DNA from: an uncultured Chloroflexia bacterium
Lineage (GTDB): Bacteria > Chloroflexota > Limnocylindria > Limnocylindrales > CSP1-4
Direction: 5' to 3'
Length of the DNA: 64,000 bases
Assembly (NCBI GenBank): GCA_963768655.1
Contig: CAVYIM010000006.1
Span: forward strand, 192,001-256,000
Each line of letters starts with the position of its first letter. Position 1 is the stretch's first letter. Below the pieces are notes generated by a model. It was given only the letters and a program-made list of their open reading frames with translations. It ran no database searches and was not told where the DNA came from. A program made the translations under genes and the position numbers. Below are positions 19,773-33,247 of the stretch, piece by piece.

Positions 19773-22620
19773 ATGAGGAGCGGGTTCTGGCGTTCAATCG
19801 GAGTCGTTGCGCTCGTCGCGGGGATGATGGGGCTGCCGATGGCGAATGCGGCCGCCGCGTCCCCGGTGTCCTCCACGTCCACGGTGTCTGTGCCATCCAG
19901 GCCGTCCGTGCCTGTTGGCGCCGGAGTATCAGCCTCCGCCGCAGCCGGCGTGAGCCCGGCGACCTCGGCCGGCTACAACTGGGTCGACGGCCTCATCAAC
20001 GAGAACGCGACCTTTCTGTACGGCGATCCTATCTCTGGCTACCTCGTCGGATACGACTCCGCCTACGTGGGGTACTACGCGTACACCGACGCGAGCGATA
20101 TTCCGACCGGCGACTCCCCCCAGGTCGGCGACGTCTACTACATGCACGTGGTCCTTGGCGTGATCGGGAATCCGGGGAGCGGCGGCGATATGCCCAACAT
20201 CCAGGTTCAGCTGCCGGACAACACCGCGCTCGCGATCAGCGCCTCCAATCCGACGTATTGCTACTTCATCAGCGATACCAACGTGGTCACGACGGTCACG
20301 TGCCCGACCCCTGGCACCGGAACGATCCTGCCGATCTGGCTCGGCACCGTGCCAATCGCGAGCTACTACATGTTCGAGGAGCAGTTTCCGGTCGTGACCA
20401 CCGCGCCGCTCGACGGCATCAGCAACCCGGCGAGCTACCTCGCGAATTACAACGACTGGGCGATAGGCGAGTTTGGCAGCGGGACCGATGAGTATGACTA
20501 CGAGCCTATCTGGGTCCCGCCGGTCGCCGTCAATACCACGATCACTGCCAAACCGGCCTCGAGCACGGCCTCGACCTCGGCCAGCTTCTCGTTCACCTCC
20601 AGCCTGGGCGGCTCGACTTTCGAGTGTCGCCTCGATTTCGGGCTCCTGGGCGGCCTGTGGCTCGCCAAAGAGCTACTCGGGCCTGACGTTCGGCTCGCAC
20701 ACTTTCCAGGTGGCCGCCATCGATTCATTCGGGCACGTCGATCCCACGCCGGCGAGCTACACCTGGACCATCACCGGCACCGCCGGCCCGGCGACACATC
20801 TGTCTGTCTCCGGCTTTCCGAGCCCAACCGTCGCGGGTGTCGCCCACAACGTGACGGTGAAGGCTTTAGACGCCCACGGCAACACGGCCACGAGCTATCG
20901 CGGCACGATCCACCTCACGAGCAGTGACACCAAGGCTGTCCTGCCCGCGAACTACACCTTCACGTCGGGCGACGCCGGCACCCACACCTTCAGCGTGACC
21001 CTCAAGACCGCCGCCACGCGGTCGTTGACGGCGACCGACACGGGGACCAGCACGATCACCGGCTCCCAGACGGGGATTGTGGTCAATCCTGCCGCGGCCA
21101 CGCACCTGTCGGTGTCCGGTTTCCCAAGCCCCGACGTCGCCGGCGTCGCCGGCACAATCACCGTCAAGGCCCTCGACGCATACGGCAACACGGCCCCGAC
21201 ATACGACGGCACGGTCCACTTCACCAGCAGTGACTCCAAGGCAGTCCTGCCGGCGAACTACACCTTCAACTCGACAGACAAGGGCGTCCACGCCAGCAGC
21301 GTGACTCTGAAGACCGCCGGCACCCAGTCGGTGACCGCGACCGACACGGTGACGGCCTCGATCAAGGGGTCGCAGACCGGCATCGTGGTGAGTACCACAG
21401 GCTCCGTCGCCTCCACGTACCACGCCACGAGCCCGGCCCGGGTTCTCGACTCCCGACCCACAGGCTCGGGTCACACCAACATCGGACTCGCGGGTAAGTT
21501 CACAGCAGGCACGGTCCGGACCTTCGCCGTGGCCGGCGTCATCGGCGTAGGGGCCACCAGCGCGGCCGTACCGACCAATGCCACCGCGGTCACGGGCAAC
21601 CTCACCATCGTCAACGAGACCGCCCCCGGAGTAGTGGCTCTGGGACCGACCATGACCGCCAGCGGTGCCACTACCACGATCAACTTCGTCAAGGGCGACA
21701 TTCGGGCCAACAACGTGACTCTCGCTCTTGGAGCCGGAGGCAAGCTCTCGGCGGTCTATCGCTCGGCTACAGCCGGAGCCACGATCGATCTCATCTTCGA
21801 TGTCACAGGCTTCTTCACCCCCGATACGAGCGGTGCCACCTATCACGTCCTGACACCGGGCCGGATCCTCGATACCAGACCGACCGGCTCGGGTCACACC
21901 AACATCGGGCTAGCGGGTAAGTTCGCCAACAAGAGTGTGCGGACCTTCGCGATCGCAGGCGTCAAGGCCCTGGGCTGGTCATCCGCCCTGGTACCGTCGG
22001 CCGCCACCGCGGTCACCGGCAACCTGACCGTGACCAACGCCACGAGCTCTGGCTTTGTCTCTCTCGGTCCGACCATGACCAGCTCGCCCTCCACCTCGAC
22101 CCTGAACATCAGCGCCGGTGCCACCGTCGCCAACGGCGTCACCGTGGCCCTAAAGAGCGGCAAGCTAGAGGCCGTCTGGTGCGGCACGGCGGGTTCGAGT
22201 GCCAATGTCATCTTCGATGTCACCGGCTACTTCACCGCAGGCTCGGGTGGTCTCCACTACTACGCGATCAGCCCCGCCCGCTATCTCGACTCCTCGACCA
22301 ACAAGGGTCTCTCGGGTGTCTTCACCAGCGGCACGGCGCGGATCCTGACCATCGGTGGCGTCGGTGCCGTCCCAACTGGCGCTGCCGGTATCAGCGGCAA
22401 CCTGACTCTGCTATCTCCCTCATCGGCGGGCTGGGCCCTGGTATCACCCGAGATCGTCGCCACGCCGACCACCTCTACCCTCAACGTCGCCGCTGGACAT
22501 TCCGAAGCCAACGGCTTCGATGTCGCTCTGGGAGCGTCGGGTCACGTCGCTCTCGAGTGGGCCGGCACCACCGGCTCCACCGCCAACATCGCTCTCGACG
22601 TCACCGGGTACTGGAAGTAG
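19773..22620 (+). CDS. Large secreted surface protein: unrecognised Tyr-rich N-domain + Ig-like repeats + triple C-terminal module; +1 frameshift at 20636-20638
   Basis: GAGGAGG RBS and signal peptide. Removing one T gives FECRLDSGSWAACGSPKSYSGL, a typical Ig-like domain. Ends DVTGYWK. Confidence 0.85.
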
Positions 22621-22709
22621 GGCAGGGAGCGGGGGCGAACTCGCCGGCAACCAGGGAGATTCGGCCTGCCCGGTGAGGGTTGCAACTCGAGAGGAGTCGG
22701 CTGGTCGCG

Positions 22710-24384
22710 ATGGAGGTAGCGGGGGCGGACATAGTCGACTCCGATGCCGCCTCGTCTGTCCCAGACTCTGAGGCCTCCGTGAGAGTGCCCACGACATGGC
22801 AGATCAATTGGGCCGTGATCGGAACGGCCGCACTCCTTGGCGTCGTGGTGATCACGGCTCTGGCGTTGCGTGTTGTTGGCCTCGGGTGGGGTAAGCCGTT
22901 CGTCTACCATCCGGACGAATGGGTGGTCGCCAACCCAGCCATGGACATGATTTCGGACTGGATCATGGAATCCCCACTTGTTCTGGTACCCATCCGGGCT
23001 GATCTACGTCGAGACCTTCCTCGTGGCCGTCCTGCACCAGCTACACCCCTCGGTTTCGTTGGTGACTTCAGCTCCCCCGTCCTCCGAAGCTCTCCCCGAA
23101 CAGTTCATCTTCTTCTATGCAGGGAGAGCTTTCGTAGCGGTGATCGGCGCCGTGATGGTGATCCCGACCTATCTGGCGGCCCGTTCGGTCTCGAACGTCA
23201 TCGGTGGCATCACGGCGGCGGTCGCGATCGCCATAGCTCCTCTCGCCGTCACGAACTCGCACTACCTTACGACGGACGTTCCATCGGCTGCGTTGGCGGT
23301 CTTGACCCTGTGGCTGTCGCTCCGCGGTTTGGCGGGCAATAGGCGGTGGCTGGTCGCCGCCGGCTTCGCAGCTGGCCTTGCTGCGTCGACGAAGTACAAC
23401 GCCGGACTGGTCGTCATCGTCCCGCTGATCGTGCTGTTGACTTCGGGCCCGCCCCGACAATTGCTGCGAAGGCCCACAATTGCGACCGCTGGTCTGATCG
23501 TGCTCGCCGCCATGGCCGGGTTCGTCCTGCTCACCCCCGCCGTCCTTCTGGATGCGTCCGACGTCTGGACGGGCGGGATCCTCTATCAGCTCCAGGCCTA
23601 TTCTGGCGGGCACCTCGGAGCGGAGGGGTCGGACAACGCGGTCTACTTCCTTCGCGTCCTGTGGGGGGAAGATGGGCTCGGCCCCGGCCTGTTCGTCCTG
23701 GCAGGGCTGGGTCTGATCATCGCCGGCGTTCAGCATCGGCGAGCCGACGTTGCCGTGCTTTGCTTCGTCATTGCTTACTACGTGATGATCTCTCTGCCGC
23801 CTGTGCGTTTCGACCGGAACCTCCTCCCATTGCTGCCGTTCTTCGCGGTCCTCGCAGGCCGGACGATCGGCTGGTTTGTCGACTTGTTGACGTCCCATCT
23901 GCGACAGCTGACCGACTACCGGCGACGGATCCCCTCGCTGGCGGCGGGACTTGCCATAGTCGCGGTCGCGGCCACGCCGTCTTTCACCGCGGCCGTCGCG
24001 AGCGATCGGGAGTTCCGCACAACGGACACTCGCACGATCGCCCTGGACTGGATCGAGCGGAACATCCCGCGCGGGGCGACCATCGCCCGAGAGGAGTACA
24101 CGCCGCAGATCCCGGCCTCTGAGTACAAGGTCAGCTACGAGCAACCGCTGGCAAGGCAGCCTCTGGTCTGGTACCGATCCCGCTTCGACTATCTGGTGGC
24201 CAGCAGCCAGGCCTTCGACAGGTACTGGGGGCACTCGCCTGAGGATGCGTTCTACAGTTCGCTGCTGGCACTGCCCGCCGTCCTGGACCTGCGGCCGAAG
24301 GCGGGGCAGCAAGGCCCACGGGTGGTCATCGTCAGGCTCCGCGTCCCGGCGAGTGCTCGCCTCCTGGCGCCGGGGTCGGGGTAG
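22710..24384 (+). CDS. GT-C membrane glycosyltransferase (ArnT/PMT-2, GT39/GT83-like); +1 frameshift near 22955
   Basis: YHPDE motif after the first TM helix; removing one G gives MISTGSWNPHLFWYP. Also SHYLTTDVP, GLAASTKYN, RNLLPLLP and many TM helices. The start is uncertain. Confidence 0.82.
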
Positions 24385-24453
24385 GCTCCGGGCCGGTGAT
24401 CCGAAGTGAGGCTCGTTCTCTGGTGTCAGGGCCGGCCGCCCGTCGCAGCCGTT

Positions 24454-24490
24454 AGAACAGCCGTGCTAAACATGCCTCAGGCGGTATACT
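24454..24490 (+). promoter_or_regulatory. LexA (SOS) box, one mismatch, overlapping the uvrB promoter
   Basis: AGAAC-AGCC-GTGCT at 24454-24467 vs GAAC-N4-GTTC; -10 TATACT at 24485-24490. Confidence 0.6.
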
Positions 24491-24515
24491 CGGGGCCAAC
24501 GCCGACGAGGTTCTC

Positions 24516-26903
24516 GTGCCCGACTTTCGGCTCGTTGCCGACTTCAAGCCGACCGGCGACCAGCCTGCCGCCATCGAGCAGCTCAGCGAAGGCCTGGCCA
24601 GGGGCCTGCGCCATCAGACATTGCTGGGCGCGACCGGAACGGGCAAGACGTTTGCGATTGCCTCGGTCATAGAGCGGCACCAAAAGCCGACTCTGGTGCT
24701 GGCCCACAACAAGACACTGGCGGCCCAGCTGTACTCGGAATTCCGCGAATTCTTCCCGGACAACGCCGTCGAGTATTACGTCAGCTACTTCGACTACTAC
24801 CAGCCTGAGGCATATCTGCCACGCTCGGACACGTACATCGAAAAGGATTCCAGCCGCAACGACGAGATCGACAAATTGCGGCACGCGGCCACGAAGGCGC
24901 TGTTCGAACGCCGCGATGTGATCATCGTCGCCAGCGTCAGCTGCATCTATGGCCTCGGCGCCCCGGTCGACTACGGGGCGACGGTCCTGCGGCTGCGCGT
25001 CGGCGGGCAGTACCGGCGCGATGCCGTGCTGCGACACCTCGTCGACCTGCAATACCAGCGCAACGACGCCGCTCTGTCGCGGGCCCGTTTTCGCGTGCGC
25101 GGCGACACGCTGGAACTGATCCCTGCCGCGGAAGACCGCCTGGTCCGGGTCGAATTCTTCGGCGACGAGGTGGAGCGCATCACCGAACTCGATCCGCTGA
25201 CCGGTGAGCTGCTCGCCGAGCGCAAGGACGTGAACGTGTACCCGGCCAGCCACTTCGTGACGCCGGCCGACAAGCTCATGGCGGCCATCAAGTCGATCGG
25301 CGACGAGATGGAGATCCGAGTCGGCGAGCTGGAGGCACAGGGGCGCGAGCTCGAAGCGGCCAGGCTTCGGCAGCGTACGACCTTCGATCTCGAGATGATG
25401 CGCGAGCTCGGCTACTGCACCGGCATCGAGAACTACAGCCGCCACCTGTCGGGGCGAGAGGCCGGGTCTCGTCCGTGGACGCTCCTCGACTACTTCCCGC
25501 CCGACTGGCTGCTCGTCGTCGATGAGAGCCACATGTCCATCCAGCAGGTGGTCGGGATGTACAAGAACGACCGAACGCGCAAAGAGATTCTCGTCGACTT
25601 CGGCTTCCGGCTTCCTTCCGCGCTCGACAACCGTCCGCTCACGTTCGAAGAATTCGAAGCCAGCGTCAACCAGGCCGTCTACATGAGCGCGACGCCAGGT
25701 CCATATGAGCTGGAACGTAGCCAGCAGGTGGTCGAGCAGCTGATTCGTCCCACGGGCGTTGTCGATCCCCATATAGTCGTGAAGCCGACGGAAGGGCAGA
25801 TTGACGATCTTCTCGATCTGATCCGCAGTCGCGTTGAACGAAATGAACGTGCCCTCGTTACCACTCTGACGAAGAAGATGGCTGAAGATCTGGCTGACTA
25901 TCTCCATGAACTCGGCGTCAAGGTCCAATACCTCCACTCGGAAGTCGACACGCTGGAGAGAGTCCAGATCCTGCGGGACCTGCGATTGGGCGTGTATGAT
26001 GTCGTCGTCGGCATAAACCTGCTTCGCGAGGGAATTGACCTGCCCGAAGTTACCCTTGTGGCTATTCTCGACGCCGACAAGGAAGGGTTCCTGCGCAGCG
26101 CGTGGTCGCTGGTGCAGATGATCGGTCGCGCGGCGCGTAATATCGGCGGAGAGGTCGTGATGTACGCCGACCACATGACCGACTCGATGAAGGCCGCGAT
26201 CGATGAGACGAACAGGCGACGAGCGATACAGGAGCTCTACAACGGCGAGCACAACATCGAGCCCGTCACGATCGTAAAGGGGATCCGCGACATCAACGAT
26301 CGGCTGCGGGCGGTGGCGGAAGCCCACGGGACCTATGCGACGGCACCGGGACAGGAGCGTGCCTTCACGGCGCTGGCGAAAGAGCAGGTCGAGAAGCTGG
26401 TGGCGCAGATGGAGGCGGAGATGCGCCAGGCTGCCCGGGACCTGGAGTTCGAGCGTGCGGCGGCCCTGCGCGACGAGATCCAGGAGATCCGGCTGCGCGT
26501 GCTCGAGGAGGACAAGTCCGCGGCGGTAGCTCGCTCGGCGGAAAGGGCGGCCAGGGATCGGCCCGTGGCCGCTTCTGGCGATCGGTTGGCGCCGGCGCGA
26601 TCTGGTCGTACGATCAAGCCCGTTCGCCAGGCGGCACGACGCGGACGTGCCGGGGCGGACGGGGGCCAGTTGGACGCAGCGGCGCTCGACGTGACGGAGG
26701 TCCGGGTGATGGCGGCCGTGGAGCCGGACGAGTTCGTAACGGCGGCGACCGCGTCAGACTGGCTGCCGGGCATTCGAGATGAGCACGAAGACGACGGCTG
26801 GGCCGCCAAGTGGATCGAGCGGCCCACCTGGGATCACACCGTCACACCGAACGTGATCAAGCGCACCGGACAGCGACCGGCGCGCGGCCGGCGGGGCCGG
26901 TAG
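24516..26903 (+). CDS. uvrB: Excinuclease ABC subunit B with ~130-aa C-terminal extension
   Basis: [24 protein letters not shown] beta-hairpin, [14 protein letters not shown] and UVR domain. Confidence 0.98.
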   Translation: MPDFRLVADFKPTGDQPAAIEQLSEGLARGLRHQTLLGATGTGKTFAIASVIERHQKPTLVLAHNKTLAAQLYSEFREFFPDNAVEYYVSYFDYYQPEAYLPRSDTYIEKDSSRNDEIDKLRHAATKALFERRDVIIVASVSCIYGLGAPVDYGATVLRLRVGGQYRRDAVLRHLVDLQYQRNDAALSRARFRVRGDTLELIPAAEDRLVRVEFFGDEVERITELDPLTGELLAERKDVNVYPASHFVTPADKLMAAIKSIGDEMEIRVGELEAQGRELEAARLRQRTTFDLEMMRELGYCTGIENYSRHLSGREAGSRPWTLLDYFPPDWLLVVDESHMSIQQVVGMYKNDRTRKEILVDFGFRLPSALDNRPLTFEEFEASVNQAVYMSATPGPYELERSQQVVEQLIRPTGVVDPHIVVKPTEGQIDDLLDLIRSRVERNERALVTTLTKKMAEDLADYLHELGVKVQYLHSEVDTLERVQILRDLRLGVYDVVVGINLLREGIDLPEVTLVAILDADKEGFLRSAWSLVQMIGRAARNIGGEVVMYADHMTDSMKAAIDETNRRRAIQELYNGEHNIEPVTIVKGIRDINDRLRAVAEAHGTYATAPGQERAFTALAKEQVEKLVAQMEAEMRQAARDLEFERAAALRDEIQEIRLRVLEEDKSAAVARSAERAARDRPVAASGDRLAPARSGRTIKPVRQAARRGRAGADGGQLDAAALDVTEVRVMAAVEPDEFVTAATASDWLPGIRDEHEDDGWAAKWIERPTWDHTVTPNVIKRTGQRPARGRRGR

Positions 26904-26939
26904 CGCGGCGGACGCGCCGAGAACATCACAGGAGGATCA

Positions 26940-27434
26940 ATGGATCCGTTGAGTGAGGCCTTCCAGCACCACACCTGGGCCACCGAGGAGCTGATCAGGC
27001 ATCTTCGCAAGCTGCCCAAGGAGGCACTCAGAGCCAGCTCGCCAGGTGTGTACGGCGAAGTGCTGGCCACGCTTTCGCATCTTATCTCCGCTGATTCGCG
27101 CTACCTCCGCTACCTGGAAGGCACGCCGCCCCCGCCGAAGACCGGACCGGACATCGTGCGGACGCTCGACGAGCTGTCCGACCTGCTGCGCGACCAGGCG
27201 GTCCGCTGGCGCGTCGTCCTGGCACGCGCGGGCGAGCTCGACATCACGCTGCCGGCCCGCGGTGCGAGGCCGGTTCTGCCGCACGCCACGAACCTGCTCT
27301 TCGCGCAGGCGCTCCACCACGGCAACGACCACCGCACCCAGATCTGCACGATTCTGTCGTCGAACGGTTTCGAGAGCCCGGATCTGGACGTGTGGCGTTA
27401 CTGGATGGAGAGGCGCTTCGAGAAGCCGCGCTGA
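26940..27434 (+). CDS. DinB/YfiT family protein
   Basis: HHTWAT, TLSHL and HHGNDHRTQI His triad pattern; GGAGG RBS. Confidence 0.85.
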   Translation: MDPLSEAFQHHTWATEELIRHLRKLPKEALRASSPGVYGEVLATLSHLISADSRYLRYLEGTPPPPKTGPDIVRTLDELSDLLRDQAVRWRVVLARAGELDITLPARGARPVLPHATNLLFAQALHHGNDHRTQICTILSSNGFESPDLDVWRYWMERRFEKPR

Positions 27435-27452
27435 GGCGCGGGGCGGCGCCGC

Positions 27453-28610
27453 TCAGGACCGGCGCGTCAGGGCCCGCCGTCCCCCGAATACGAGGAGGGC
27501 GAGCATCACCAGGATCATCAGCAGCGACCCGCGCAGCGTAACCGCGCCGGCGACCGTGCCGATGACCGGCGGCCCGATCAGGCCGCCGGCGTAGCCCATC
27601 GTCGAGACCGCGGCAATCCCCACGGACGCCGGAATCCCCGGTTGCGACCCCGCCGCGCGGAAGAGCGTCGGTACCACTGCAGCCAGGCCCAGGCCCATCA
27701 GCCCGAACCCGACGATCGCCACGGCCGGGATCTGTACCGCCAGCGCGAGACCCAGCCCGAGCGCCGCGAGGGCCGCCCCGCCGCTCACGAGGCGCGCCGA
27801 GCCGAGAGCGACTGCGAGCCGGTCGCCGGCGAGTCGGGCGATTGCCATGCACCCGGTGAAGGTCGTTACCGCCAGGCCGGCAATGCCCTGGGAAGCATTC
27901 ATCGTGCTCTGGAGGTACACGGCGCTCCAGTCGGTGGCGGAACCTTCGGCCATGAGTCCGCAGATCGCCAGAGTGCCGAGCAGCACCAATGGACCGGTAG
28001 GCAGCTGGATCCGCCCGCCGCCCTCGACGTGTTTGTCGGGCAGCATCGTGAAACGCAGGATCACCCCGCCGATCGCGAAGCCGGCGGCCGCGACTGCGAA
28101 TTCGGGCAGGACCGGAATACCCATCGCTGCGACCTGCGTGCTCACCAGCGCGCCGAAGAAGGCGCCGATGCTCCAGGACGCGTGAAGCCGCGACATGATC
28201 GGGCCGGCGCCGGCATGCTCGACCGCGATGCCGTTGGCGTTCATCGAGACGTCCATAGTGCCCTGGAAGACGCCGAAGGCGAGCAGGCTGAGGGTGAGGC
28301 TGACGAAGTTGAACGACGCCCCGATGAAGACCGTCATCACCGCGCAGCCGACGGTGGTCAGCGGCGTCATCACGTGGGTCCCAAACTTGCTGCCGAGCCA
28401 GCCGCCCAGGGTCATCGTCAGGACGGCGCCGACCGAAGCTCCGAGCAGCGCGAACCCCAGACCGGCGGCGTCGAGGCCCGTCTGCTCCTTCACGGCCGGA
28501 ATGCGCGCGGCCCAGATCCCGAAGGACGCGCCGTTGAGCGTGAACGCGGCCGCGACCGCCGCGGCGTGCAGACGCAGCTTGGGCCGGGCGACCGGCGGCG
28601 CGAGCGTCAT
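27453..28610 (-). CDS. MFS transporter
   Basis: About 12 hydrophobic helices; WAARIP, DVSMN, SRLHASWS.G, EG.ATDWS and RLAGDRL motifs. Confidence 0.88.
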   Translation of the reverse strand: MTLAPPVARPKLRLHAAAVAAAFTLNGASFGIWAARIPAVKEQTGLDAAGLGFALLGASVGAVLTMTLGGWLGSKFGTHVMTPLTTVGCAVMTVFIGASFNFVSLTLSLLAFGVFQGTMDVSMNANGIAVEHAGAGPIMSRLHASWSIGAFFGALVSTQVAAMGIPVLPEFAVAAAGFAIGGVILRFTMLPDKHVEGGGRIQLPTGPLVLLGTLAICGLMAEGSATDWSAVYLQSTMNASQGIAGLAVTTFTGCMAIARLAGDRLAVALGSARLVSGGAALAALGLGLALAVQIPAVAIVGFGLMGLGLAAVVPTLFRAAGSQPGIPASVGIAAVSTMGYAGGLIGPPVIGTVAGAVTLRGSLLMILVMLALLVFGGRRALTRRS

Positions 28611-28936
28611 GCCGCCACTCCGAGTGCGCGGGTGACGGCCACCAGCACAACCGCGGCCGCGACTCCGGGGAGCAGGAGGCGAGTCCGGGCCACGACCAGG
28701 ACGCAAACGCCGACGGCGATCGGCTCGATGCCGATGAGGATGTGGGGCGGCTTGTCGGACGTGAGCAGGCAGTTGACTGCCGCGAGGGCCGCGAGCGCGG
28801 CCGGCCCGGCCAGCCGCAGATAGGAGACCGCCCACGACGGCAGCCGCTCGATCCCGGGCGCGAGCATGGGCAGGGCGCGAGAGGGATACGTAACCGCCCA
28901 CATCAGGAAAGCGAGGGGCACCAGGGCGACGCTCAC
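28607..28936 (-). CDS. azlD: AzlD-family branched-chain amino acid exporter small subunit
   Basis: VTYPSRALP...LRLAGPAALAAL; 4-nt overlaps with azlC and the MFS gene. Confidence 0.78.
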   Translation of the reverse strand: MSVALVPLAFLMWAVTYPSRALPMLAPGIERLPSWAVSYLRLAGPAALAALAAVNCLLTSDKPPHILIGIEPIAVGVCVLVVARTRLLLPGVAAAVVLVAVTRALGVAA

Positions 28937-29715
28937 GGCAGGCCCGCCTGAGCCGACGGCTCGGGTGTCTCCGGGGCGCTCGATTCTTCGTTGGCCGAGG
29001 GTGGCACGGTCAGGCCGAAGCAGGGCCCGATGAGTGCCCCGGCAACCAGCCCGAACGACGCCCCGAGAACCAGCCCGACCGGCACGGCAACGGCAACCGC
29101 GCCGAGGGCGGCCGCAACGTCGCGGCGTCCGGAAACCATCCCGAGCGACAGGCCGGCCATGGCGGCCGGGAAGGCGATGTCCAGGCCCAGCCGGTTCGTG
29201 TCGACGGCGCCGGCGACCACGTAGCCGAGGCAGGAGCCGACGGTCCACGGCACGAAGATGGCCATCGCCGCGATCCAATAGCCTCGCCGCTCGAACGAGC
29301 CGATGCGGCGGAAATGGGCCAACGCCAGGGCGAACGTCTCGTCGGTCAGGAAGTGGGCCAATACCGCCCGCTCGCGCCTGGACCGAGCACTCACGTAGGG
29401 CCCGACCGCCGCGGAATAGAGGAGGTGGCGCGCGTTGATCAGAGCCACGACGGTCGCGATGGCCAGCCACGACGCGCCATCCTTGACGAGGCCCGCGGCG
29501 GCGAACTGGGCTCCGCCGGCGAGGGCGATCGTGGAGTTGGCCAGCACGTCGAGAAACGAGTAATGGGCCTGGAGGGCGGTCAACCCGAAGACCAGTCCAA
29601 CCGGAAGGGCATAGGCGGCGATCGCCAGGCTGTCGCGCGTGAGCTGCCGGCGCGACTCGCGGATGGCGTCCGAGGTCCCGGTCGCGGCCATCGTTGTTGC
29701 GGAACCCCCGTTCAT
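28933..29715 (-). CDS. azlC: AzlC-family exporter large subunit
   Basis: [17 protein letters not shown] and LTDETFA motifs. Confidence 0.88.
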   Translation of the reverse strand: MNGGSATTMAATGTSDAIRESRRQLTRDSLAIAAYALPVGLVFGLTALQAHYSFLDVLANSTIALAGGAQFAAAGLVKDGASWLAIATVVALINARHLLYSAAVGPYVSARSRRERAVLAHFLTDETFALALAHFRRIGSFERRGYWIAAMAIFVPWTVGSCLGYVVAGAVDTNRLGLDIAFPAAMAGLSLGMVSGRRDVAAALGAVAVAVPVGLVLGASFGLVAGALIGPCFGLTVPPSANEESSAPETPEPSAQAGLP

Positions 29716-29908
29716 GCTTGCCTTCCTCGCCCCCCGTTCTCGCTGGCCCGGACGTCGGATGTTACCGGACGCCGCCCGGGAGCGCGGCGTGAGTCGGTGG
29801 AGCGCCGCCGTGCCAGGCCAGGACACGGTGGAGGAGCGCACGCACGGCCAGACTCGCAGGCAGGTTCGACAAGAGGTCGTCAGGCGCAATCGAGGCGGCA
29901 CGATGTCA

Positions 29909-29945
29909 CGAACGCCTGTTCTGTTTAGGCCGGTTGGCCTACAAT
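29909..29945 (+). promoter_or_regulatory. LexA box and leaderless promoter of uvrA
   Basis: CGAAC-GCCT-GTTCT at 29909-29922 (perfect GAAC-N4-GTTC); TACAAT at 29940-29945, 8 nt before the ATG. Confidence 0.8.
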
Positions 29946-29953
29946 GGCGGCCT

Positions 29954-33037
<3,084 letters not shown>

Positions 33038-33247
33038 GCGCCGAGAAGCGACCGGGGCGCCGGCCCCGGGAGTGGGCGGTTTCGGGTGACTGGAACCGGC
33101 CTGGAGAACCTTCCGCCGGGGAGCCTGCTACAGTCCTGGCGGCCGAAGCGGGTCGGCGGAGCCTTGCGCGGGCAGCGCAGGCAGCGCGGGCCGCGCTCCG
33201 GTGCCATTGCGCGGCGATGGCGAGACGCGGGATTGGAGAAGGTGAGA

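Larger units (their letters stand above)
18059..22620 (+). repeat. ~1.48-kb direct duplication: 18059-19542 vs 21138-22620
   Basis: The 3' halves of the two adjacent surface-protein genes are near identical (offset 3079 then 3078). Identity ends exactly at the TAG stop. Confidence 0.96.
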
